From NCBI RefSeq assembly GCF_009914755.1, contig NC_060939.1: a DNA stretch of 64,000 nucleotides, one strand, 5' to 3'. Origin of the DNA: the human T2T-CHM13v2.0 reference genome, Homo sapiens. The notes under the pieces are model-generated. The model was not told where the DNA came from. It saw only the letters and a program-made list of their open reading frames with translations, and made no database searches. Both the position numbers and the translations under genes were made by a program. Below, one piece after another: positions 13,683 to 23,549 of the stretch. Every line of letters begins with the position of its first letter. The first letter of the stretch is position 1.

Positions 13683-13695
13683 TGACGTCACTTCC
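13683..13695 (-). promoter_or_regulatory. Overlapping ETS-CRE element
   Basis: TGACGTCACTTCC = reverse complement of GGAAGTGACGTCA. Confidence 0.65.
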
Positions 13696-14088
13696 CCGCG
13701 GGGCGATTAGCCTGCGAGAGGAGGGCCGGCGGTCCAGTGCGCTGGGGGCGGCCGGGGCGCTCGAGGCTCTCTAAGCGCTCCGCGCGGGTGCCCTACGTGA
13801 GCCCCGGGACGCCGTCGAGGCAGGCCGGCAGCGCCGGTGCCAGGACGCACGGAACGGGGAGCAGGGGAGAAATGCGCCGGGAGGGCGAGGGAGGAAGGGA
13901 ACTGGGCGGGGGCTGCGGGCCTAGGTGGCGGGAGTCAGCGTGTGCGTGTGTCTGTCCATCCCCTCTGGCTCTCCGCGTGCGCCCCAGGATCCGGGCACGG
14001 CGTCCGCTCAGGCTCCCGCGCTCGGCAGGCAGCAGCACGTGGAGCCCACGGCGCGGCAGCGGCACTGGCTAAGGGAGGCCCGTTTCTC

Positions 14089-14111
14089 TCTTTGGTTATC
14101 TAGCTGTATGA
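14089..14111 (+). ncRNA. MIR9-3: mature miR-9-5p
   Basis: TCTTTGGTTATCTAGCTGTATGA. Confidence 0.98.
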
Positions 14112-14127
14112 GTGCCACAGAGCCGTC

Positions 14128-14149
14128 ATAAAGCTAGATAACCGAAAGT
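14128..14149 (+). ncRNA. MIR9-3: mature miR-9-3p
   Basis: ATAAAGCTAGATAACCGAAAGT. Confidence 0.98.
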
Positions 14150-15121
14150 AGAAATGATTCTCACAACTTCTGCGTGCGAGCGCCCGCCCCACCGACCGCC
14201 CCGGCCCGGCCCGCAAGAGCCAGAGGAGCCGAGAGGAGCCCAGCGCCGGCCCAGCGGACTCCAGCTCGACGGAGCGGCCGCGCCCCGACCAGGTACCTGA
14301 CCTCGGCTCTCTCTCTGGGGACACTTGCAGTGCCAGCTTTCCCCCAGTCCTCCTCTTTCCTGGTCCCCCACCCCTATCCCCCAGCGCCGGAGCAGGAACC
14401 CCAAAGTGGAGCGGGCCGGGGAGAGGGAGGGGGTTGGGGTTGCAGAGGGGTCGCTGGAAGGGGAAGGCGCCAGCCTTCGCCTTCACCCCATAAATCAGGC
14501 TGGAACAATCCGCTCCCGGAGCCGTGGACGGGGATTTTGGGATGCAAATGCGATGGGAGAGAGACAGCGGTCGGTAGGGGGTGGGTGGAGGGAGTGAATG
14601 GGGTGGGCTGGGGGCTGCCCTGCCGCTAACAATGCGGCCTTTATCGAATTATTCGACGAGTCAGCCCCTGAGCGCCATTAGCATACGGCTGGGGGGTTGC
14701 CGGAGCTTCGCCCCTCGGTGAGGTCAAGTTCTTGATAATTTGATCACTTTTCACGGGCTCTGGCAGCTGCCTTTGTGTGCAGTTGGGGGGTCTGTGTGCA
14801 GCGTGAAGCGGAGCAGAACTGGCGGGGAGTGCGCTCAATGGCAAGGGGCCAGGGCAGGGGCCTCCCTCCCCGACGGGTCGGCCCTGCCCTGCATACAAAC
14901 CAAGAGCCGGCGGGTGGGCGGGAGGAACCGAGCTCAGTCTCCCGCTACCTCTACGCCAGCCCCGACCGGGCTGCTCCTGCCCAAGCCTCCCCAACTTCCC
15001 GCGAGGTTAAGGTGCAGGCAAGCTCCCAGAGCTCCCCCTCCTCCCTGCCCCAAGAAGTCACGACATAAGATGTATTACAATGTCTAGCAAATAAAAAAGC
15101 AATTGGGGGAAATCTGAATTC

Positions 15122-15135
15122 GTTCCCATGGCAAC
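15122..15135. promoter_or_regulatory. RFX X-box
   Basis: GTTCCCATGGCAAC, near-palindromic X-box. Confidence 0.65.
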
Positions 15136-15276
15136 CCAATGCAGCACACCCGGCCACTCAGGCTCCCAGCCCCTCTTAACTGGGCTCAGGGAGTGGGGCT
15201 TGCCCCTGCTCAGTGCGTGGGGGTCCCGGCCCCACACAGTGCTAGGGTCCCTCTCGAGTTTCTCATCTGCCTTCAG

Positions 15277-15414
15277 GTCACTTTCCACCCTGATGCCTTG
15301 GCTTGTCCTGAAGCTCAGGGCCCCTGTAGCTTGGGAAACCTCCCAAGCTCCCCAGCGAGTGGCTGTAGACCAAGGAAGGGACCCTGCCCGGCTTCAGGGA
15401 AGAAAGGAAGAAAG
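15277..15414 (+). other. Possible alternative MIR9-3HG exon
   Basis: Acceptor TTTCTCATCTGCCTTCAG| at 15276 and donor AAG|GTAGGC at 15414. Confidence 0.3.
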
Positions 15415-15529
15415 GTAGGCTCAGACTCCCCGATTGGTAGGGGGGCTTTCTAAGTATATGGGTATGTGAGTGCTATGATAGACAGGCTGAAAGGAACTGG
15501 CACCACCACCCAGCCCTGACCCCCATCCC

Positions 15530-15660
15530 CTCACCCTTTTACATGAGAGGAAACAGATCTGGGGATCTGAAGTGACTCCCTAAGGGTCACACAGCTCAGA
15601 AGGCAGAGCTGGACCCCAGGCCACCTTACGTACATCTTGGCTCACTTCACTCCCTGGAGC
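15530..15660 (-). mobile_element. MIR
   Basis: TTTTACATGAGAGGAAACAGA...AAGTGACTCCCTAAGGGTCACACAGCT. Confidence 0.65.
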
Positions 15661-17199
15661 CTCTCCCTTAGTGATTTTCACGGCCCCTCTTCTCCCAGCC
15701 TTTGCCCAGCCCTCTTGTAAAAATAGAAATATTTTTTCCATCTTCACTCCTGCAAACCTTTTTTGTTCTTTGCCTAACAAAATTATTTTGAATATAGGGT
15801 ATATATGTAAATGGTGAAAATTCAAACAGTACAAAAGGAAAACCCCTTGGCTCTGGGGAGGAGAACTGTGTGGCTGAGGTGGATGGTAGAGGGAGACTTT
15901 TCACTGTATACCTTTGGAATTGTGAACCCTGTGAGTGTGTTAGCATTCACAGTAAAATTAAATAAAAAATACACACAAAAGACCAGGCAGGGAAAGTCAG
16001 CTGCCCTCCTACTTTGGTCCCCGGTTCTCCTCAGAGATAATCATGGGCAGAAGGTTTTCTGAATCCCTTTGTACCCCACCTCCATTTTGAAAGGCCAGTT
16101 TCCCTTTTTTTCTGACAGGAGGCTGGTGAAGGGTGACTAGAGTGTTTCGGGATTCACGAGGCTATGGGCTGCATCCCTTGGGCCGTCCCTCCCTTCCCAA
16201 TGCACCTGGGAGCCTGTGTGCTGATGGTGACCTCATTTCGGAGGAAACCGGAGCAGCACTTCCTGCCCCCTTGCCCTGCACTCCCTGCCTTCCTCCCTCA
16301 CCGGCCAACGGGTGTGGGCAAACCCTGGGCCCCGGGCTTCGATCTTCCCCTCCCACCACCCCTACCCGTTTGCTGTGTTGCAAGAACTAGTCCTTCACTT
16401 GCCAGGGTGGCTTTGCAGCTTCCCAGCAGTGTCTACACAGTTCAGATGAGTGTTGTTTTTAAACACCACTGTCCCATACCATCTGGGCAGGTCTGAAACC
16501 CGAGTTGAGGGTCTGATGAAGGAGGAGTCTGTGCGGGAGGGCAACGCGGCATTTTCCCGCTTTCTACGAAAATCTGTTGATGCAAACCTCCCGCTTCAGA
16601 GAAAGATCGCGGCAGCAGGGCTGCGGAGGGCGATGAGCATGCCAGTTCTAATCTCCAGGAGCCCATCCCACACCTTCCTTAAACGGCCCTCGGAGAGAGG
16701 CCAGAGGCCAGAGGCCAACCCATCCGATTTCGGCCTCCTGGTACGAATGCCTGCCCCTACTAGAGCAATGTTCGAATCCCCTTTGGACACTTAAAGCCCA
16801 AGGCACAGACTCAAAATTGGTGCCTGGGCCCATCAACGTCTTCTGGCCTGCCTGGACCTGGAGTAGCCGGACGGGTCTGGGGCCTTCTCAGTCCCTCGTC
16901 TCCTCCATTCCTGTGCCCCAGGAAGGCCTTCCCCAAGCCTCCTCTGGCCACTGGCTCCCCACGTTTGGGCTTCATTTTTGTCTCCGGTTTGTGCTACTCT
17001 TTCTTCATCCAAAAAGGCGTTGGAGATCCCGAGAATCTGCTGCAGCTTGGAAGCCAGAATCTTAGAGAATCTCGGATACTTCTCACCCCATTCCTTTCAT
17101 TTTACACCTAGAAATGGTGTAAAAAGGCCCAGTGGCTCACGGAAGGTCGCACAGAAGGCCACTGACAGGGCAGCGATCAGTACAGCCACCGTGGTGGGC

Positions 17200-18200
17200 G
17201 AGGCATCCGGGGCTTCCTTTTCTCTGGTCCACGAACTCCCAACTCCGAACGCTGTGGGACTGCATGGGCCTCTGCCCGGGCCAATGAAATGCGCTGCCGA
17301 GAGGAGGCTGCGGCGCGGCCTGAGGCCGGATCTCCACAGGCCGGAGAGTTCTCTGCCGGCCGCGGCCGGACCTCCCGGGAAATGGGACCAGAGCGCGGAG
17401 GGAGCCTGGCCAGGAGGCCTCCTAGGACTCAGCCGCGACGCTGAAAAGCATGAAGGGTCGGAATTAGGCACTCATTTAGCGAGCGTTACTAATCCGAAGT
17501 TACAGCGCTAATTCCCTGATCCGGCCGCTCCCACACGCAGCGCCGGGATTAGAGGCGCGGCCGCCGCCCGCCCCGCCCTCATACCCCAAACGCGCCCGCC
17601 CCGCGCCCTCGAGGCTGCGGGCTCAGGGCTAATCCGCCGCGCCGCGCTCGCCTGGCCCGAGCGCGCGGCGGGTCGGGCTCGGCCAGCTGGGGCGAGCCGG
17701 CCTGTTCGCTGGCTCGGGCGCCCGGTTCCGGGCTGGGCAAGGAGCGCTTGGCCATGAGCCGCGGGACAGCCCAGGCGGGACGGATGCGCCCTCCAGGGCC
17801 CAGGCGAGGCCGCGCGGTGCAGAACCGCCGGGATTTCTCCAACCCGGGTATGCGCACCCACAGCAGCGGCCTTTGGAGGCCGCGGCGCCATTTTAGTGGC
17901 CTTCCTTCCCCCTTGGCATCTGTCGTGTATGGTGTGGCTGGGTGTCCCCAGCTCCCCCCATCCCGCTCTGACTTTGGCTGCCCCCTCCGCCAGCCTGGAT
18001 AGAGTGACCAATCAGCTCTGACCTAGGGTGGGATGCGCGTCACCATGGCGACGGCTAGGGCGCCCTGGCAGTGCTGCCCATCGCAGAGGGCAAGTCTTCA
18101 CTCCGCCTAGATGGGTGTGAAGGGAAGGTGGGGACAGGTGGGGGGGAGGGGCGGATGGAGGGAGGCCGTGATGCCTCGTCCGCATTCCCACCCCATTTTG
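17200..18200. promoter_or_regulatory. Intronic CpG island with OTX-type, YY1, CCAAT and RFX motifs
   Basis: CpG-dense; TAATCC x3, CGCCATTTT near 17886, CCAAT 18008-18012, GTCACCATGGCGAC 18039-18052. Confidence 0.7.
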
Positions 18201-21149
18201 CCTAGGGTCAGTTCAGCTGGGTCAGGCAGGGGACAAATGGATGGTGTGGAAGGGGCCTGGGTAGGGGCCTGGGTTTGTCCTGGGGCGGCTCTTCCACGAG
18301 TCCTCTCATCCCCCCCAGGACCTAGCTCTGGTATAAAGGCTCATCTTGGTCTCTCATCCTCTTCTATGTCTCTCTTCCAAAGACAGTGGTGTTCAGGAGC
18401 CCCCAGACGCTTCCCCCCAATTTTCTTGCTGTTAAGTGCTGTGATTTTAGACAAGTCGCTTTCCCTGGGTCTTAGTTTTTGCATCCAGAAGATGGGCTGC
18501 TGTGCAGGCTCATGCCTGGAAAGCCTTCAGTGCACACCGGCTGTTCTGTCAGTGTTAGAGCTCCTTCTCCCTGGGCAAGACCTTTGGGGGCAGGATTCAG
18601 AACCTGAGGATGTCCTTTCTGTCCAGGGCAGCCAAGTTTGGGTGTCTCGTGGCTTCCTAGAGCCAGCTTTTCATCTCTCCTCCAGACAGCTGGGAGAGGA
18701 GGGAGGATTTTTAAAAATAGAGCCAGGGTGGGGGCTGTGGCTGGAACAAAACCTTGGTCAGTGGCTCTGAGAATGGGGCGCTGCAGCTCCTAAAGCTCTG
18801 GCTCCTTCCTTCAAGCCTGGTCTGGCTTAAGCACCACTTTAAGTGGTCCCGGCATTCACTGGCCAGCCCCTCACCGCAATTGAGCCGCAGGGGTTTGAAA
18901 AGAGGGCCAGGGCCTCAATGACAGGACCTTGGGCCAGGCTAATTGGTTTTGGTTCAAGGGGATACTGGATTTGTGAAAAGCTCCAAACCGCCTTTCCCAC
19001 GCCAGAGCCAGGCCATGGCTTTAAGGAGAAGGGTTCAAGGAGCTTGGGGCCAGGCAAGAAAGCTGAGAATGAGGTGCCTTCAGCTGATGACCCTGCTGTC
19101 ATGGCCAAGACAGCCCTCTGGTTGGAGAGGGTAGGAAGCTGTTGTGAGGCCACTTCCAGGGGCACCTGCATTTATGGCCTGTCAGGTACTCGAGAGTCAG
19201 CTGGATACATTCCTAACCTTCTACACGTGGCTGTGCCAAGAAAGGGGCCTCCTCCTTTGGCATACCTTAGTGGTGGAGAGGCCCCATTTTCTCAAGTGGG
19301 ATCATCCAGTAAAAGAAGCCAGCAATGGCCAAGTTTAATATTTCTTGCCCCAGGAGCTGGACTAAACCCAGACTTTTATATTCAGGGGGCATCCTGGACT
19401 CCATCCTGAGGCAGGTATGCAGTTGGTCTCAAGGTGATAACCCACTTCTGTCTCTTGAAATGTCCTTACACTACCCTGGGCATGGACAAACAAAGCAGAG
19501 ATGAGAAACAGGAAGCCCTTGGTACTTAAAAAAAAAAGGTCAAATATTTCTATTCTCAAAAGTCCAGCATTAATTATGTTATGATTTAAATCTATCATTA
19601 TAGATAATTTTAATATAAATGCCTTGAAGCATGTATCTTAAGGTGTACCAGTTACCTATGTGTTTGGACTAAATGGTTTCACATACGTATATATAATATA
19701 CCCATTCTACGTGTGCATATATATATATGTGTGTGTATACATGGTCTATATACCAAATCATATGCTTATATTAACAATCAGTTATGTTAAGGATGGAGGC
19801 AGGGTGGGGTGCTATAAATCATCAGTCCCATTTAAAATAACAACATTGCATTGACTGAGACTAGTGTTTCATGGTTCATTGTGTGTTGAGGGGAGCATTC
19901 CTATGTGATCACAGGCTGAAGAAATCCCCTACCTTTTCTATTATCATCCAAATTTTTCACTGTGTTTGCCCACTTGACGCATATAAATAGGAGAAAGGCA
20001 CTTTGAAGAGATATAGAACTCCGTGTATCACATTTTCCATTTTTATTTCAATTTTTAATTGCCCAGAGCCTAATTTCTGTGGGCCTCTGCTGATTTGCAC
20101 ATTTGAGATTCGTGTGTAAATATGCGTGTGGCATGTGTACACGCCTGGGCCTCCTTATCACAAAGTGTGCTCTCTCAGTGTTTAAATACACACAATCCAC
20201 ATCGACACATGATTATGGGCTTACGTATTTGCTTCTTCTCTAGAATCGGGTTAATTTTCCCTTCGCTAATCCTCAAACCCATTAAGTTCCCCACCTCCCC
20301 ACCCCCACAAAAAATTGCAAACCCTACCACAGACCAGTGGTCTCACCCCACTTCTCCAGCAAGCAGTTCTCCAGGCGGGGTGCTGGAGTGACGGTTCCTA
20401 TTAGGCAGACTTCATTAATGTTACCAAATATACCTTGGCACATTTACTCGCCTACTATGAAGTATTACCATAAATAATTAAAATTAAACTGCACTTGTCA
20501 AAATAAATGAACAAAGTAGAGTTAGGGATGTCTTTGCCTTGATTTGCTTGGTTTGCTTATTCACTAATTTGAAGAAAGAAAGTGAGAGAAGGAAAGAAAG
20601 AACACTGCTACAGACTGCCACGGGATGGGCAGAGGAGATAGGGAGAGAATGCAGAGAGAGAGAAAGAGAAAGAGAGACAGAGCCCTCAGTCATCTGCCCG
20701 TGGGTTTCCAGTCATTAGGGCACTCTGGGAGGCTGGAATGCAGCCTTTAACGTCGGCCCATAATGAATATTGAGGTGTGGATATGGAAGGAGGGATTTCT
20801 TTGTTTACTGAGGAATGGCCATGGGAGTGGGGGAGAGGATTGCCTTTGGGGATTAAGGAGTGGGCTTTGTTTTTATAAAGGGCCTTACTTCTTTTCTGAA
20901 GTTTTCTGCAGCTAATTGATTCAATTCAGACATTCCTCCTCCCCGCCCGGCCCTGGCCTCGTGTTTCTGAGATGTGCACAGCCCCATTTCCCCATCTGCT
21001 CTGGCCTCTTTTTCCACTGTGACCCTTGAAAAGGGTGTGAACCTTCACATCAACGAGATCACAGGCTATGGGGAAAACAGTCAGGGGCCGAGACCTTTGT
21101 ATGGATATGTGTGTGATATAAACGCACATACACATACACGCACATATAT

Positions 21150-21380
21150 TAATAGAGGTATAATTTACACCTAGAAACAGATCATAGGTGTACAGTTCTG
21201 TGGGTTCTGACAAATGCATTTATACTCATGTGACCAACACCCAAGATAAACCTCATTTCCTTCATTCCAAAAACTTCTTTCCTACCTCTCAGCAGTCAAT
21301 CCCTGCCAGTCCCCATTCCGATGTCTCTTACCATAGATTAGTTTTACCTATCTAGAGTTTCATATAAATGGAATGTATGC
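21150..21380 (-). mobile_element. Old L1M 3' UTR fragment
   Basis: GAGGTATAATTTACAC...GTGTACAGTTCTGTGGGTTCTGACAAATGCAT...CCATAGATTAGTTTTACCT...TTCATATAAATGGAAT. Confidence 0.7.
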
Positions 21381-22283
21381 CAGGGCTTTTGAAAATGAAT
21401 TTATTTAGAGTCTGGAGGGAGCAATGTCCTGGGAGGCCTGGCTGAGCTTGTGTCCAGAAGCACTGGACTTGTGTTAAACACTGTCCCCTTGGATGGGCCC
21501 AGAAGTCAAACCTGTCCATTAGATTTTTTTTTTTTTTTCCTTTGGGAGAGCTGGTATGGGCTGGTTGTCCTCCAGGAGAGCCCTGTTCTCACCCGAGGTC
21601 TGTTAATGAGCTGGGGACAGGTGAGCCTCACACGTTCCAACTTGGCTGCCTTCAGCGGCATCCAGGAGCAGTGGTGAGCTATTAATGGAAGGTGCCGGCT
21701 TTGTGCTAATTAGAACTTCCTTTCAGCTTCCATCTGTGCAGACACTGGAGCCCCTCACTGGTCAGCCTCGCCGTCCCAACCCCCCTCAGTTTGCAACCTA
21801 GTTTTTGTCCCCCCCACCCCCCATGAATTAGGGGGTGCTATGAGTGGAGCTGCTTTCCTCTAGCTCTGGTCAAATCCCGGCTCTTTGTGTATTGCAGAAC
21901 TGTACTGGGTGGTATTTCTCAAGGCTTCTCTCTCTTGTTGGGGTGGAGATGGACCTGGAAGATGGAGTTGGAAAGGGATTTGGGCACCATGGCCACCCTC
22001 CTGGGTAGGCTGGACTTACATCATCGACCTGAGTTTGTTTTGTGAAAGACCTCTCTCCTCTGCCCTCTGGAGACTGTGACTTCAGACCCTTGTCCTCTCC
22101 ATTACCCCAGTCCTGATGTCTCCCAAGTCTGATGGTACCCACCCATGTCAACTACAGCTGCCATCTTTGCCATCTCAGGCAGCCTACAGGTGGGGGCTGT
22201 GTCCTTGACCCTCTTCTGAAAAAGAAAAACCTATTTTTTTCCTTCACTTTTGCTTTTTATTTCTTTCACCTCAGGCCCAATGG

Positions 22284-22284
22284 A

Positions 22285-22335
<51 letters not shown>
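22284..22335. repeat. (TA)n microsatellite
   Basis: Seen directly, one G interruption. Confidence 0.95.
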
Positions 22336-23009
22336 TTTAATGGAGGTTGTCTCTTACAGAGGTTTCATTGAAAAAGAAGAAACAATGTCCCATTAACGTC
22401 ATTTAAAGAAAAAGCACCTCTCAGAATGGAGGTTGGGAAAGCTAGGGTTTCTTGCCTGAATATCAGTTGGGATGAAATCCCTTGTAAGGAACTCAAGAGA
22501 GGAGCGTTTCCTCAGAATGCTTTCTTTAGCTCCTGAGTCTCCTTAGGTCTCCACTGGGGTTGTGTGTAAAAATACCAAGCCCTCCCTGACAATGCATCTC
22601 ATTCTCTTCTGCTTGAATTATCCTGATAATGAGAGATCACCCACTTCTTTGACAGTGTAGACTAGGATTTTAAAAATTGGGAGTGAATTATTGGACAGTG
22701 TGGCACTTCACCAGCTTCCCTCAAGGTTCTGGATCTATGCTAAAGAGGGGTGGAAATGCTTCTGGGGTGTCCAGAAGGGCTGCAGAAATTCCTCGTCACT
22801 GGTCATGGGGAGAGCAGGACTGGCTTGCCTCTGTGGCCTCTTCTGCCTCTGGAGGTGACAATTCCTGATTTGAGGCACTAGGGTGGAAGACTCAGGACTA
22901 TCCAGGACCAGGTTAATAAACCGGCAGTCCAGATTGCAGAAGGGCAGCAGCTGGGGGCTGGGGACATGCCCATGCCTGTGGGACAGAGTTCTTTTGCATG
23001 CTTTGGCCT

Positions 23010-23155
23010 TTACGACTCTGTATCCTTGACAAGTCACAGGCATCTCTGGGTGAAATGGGGACAATAGTACCCATACCTCCAAGGGTTATGTGAGAATTAA
23101 GTAAAATATGCAAATAAAGTGCCTGGCATACAGTAGGCACTGAGCAAACGGTAGC
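23010..23155 (+). mobile_element. MIR
   Basis: GAAATGGGGACAATAGTACCCATACCTCCAAGGGTTATGTGAGAATTAAGT...GTGCCTGGCATACAGTAGGCACT. Confidence 0.7.
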
Positions 23156-23549
23156 TCTTTTTTCCAGGCTGGGGCAAGGGATGCATATAAATGTCTGGAT
23201 CTGAAGTTTGAAATTCCACCTGCTGGAGACAGTGAACACCCCAGTAGATACCCCAAATCACACAGAAGGACGGATGACCAGCTGCCTTCTTCCCCCAGGG
23301 CATGCCATACACACTGGGCCTGAAGTGGGAGAATCGGGACCCCAAAAAAACGGCTTGTGGAGCGGGGTTGCACATGGGTGTAAAGTTCCCAGCTTGGCTG
23401 CCTGGGGAGGGGGAGCATGTAAATGTCTTTAGAGATTTGAAGGGACCAGGATCTGGACTGATTTGCGTTGCCCAGGGGGCTGGGGCTGGGAGCCAAGGGG
23501 GTGCTGCCGGGAGGCCCAGGTTAGCTTGGGGTATGGCATTTCTAACAGT

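Larger units (their letters stand above)
14074..14163 (+). ncRNA. MIR9-3: microRNA precursor hsa-mir-9-3
   Basis: GGAGGCCCGTTTCTCTCTTTGGTTATCTAGCTGTATGAGTGCCACAGAGCCGTCATAAAGCTAGATAACCGAAAGTAGAAATGATTCTCA: complementary arms; loop GTGCCACAGAGCCG is specific to the -3 paralog. Confidence 0.99.
13340..15200. promoter_or_regulatory. CpG island containing the miR-9-3 proximal promoter and hairpin
   Basis: CpG-dense; inverted CCAAT (ATTGG 13665-13669) and CRE TGACGTCA 13683-13690. Confidence 0.85.

Noticed and set aside
18851-18859. GGCATTCAC, complementary to the miR-124 3' half
   Set aside because: No seed match, and intronic.
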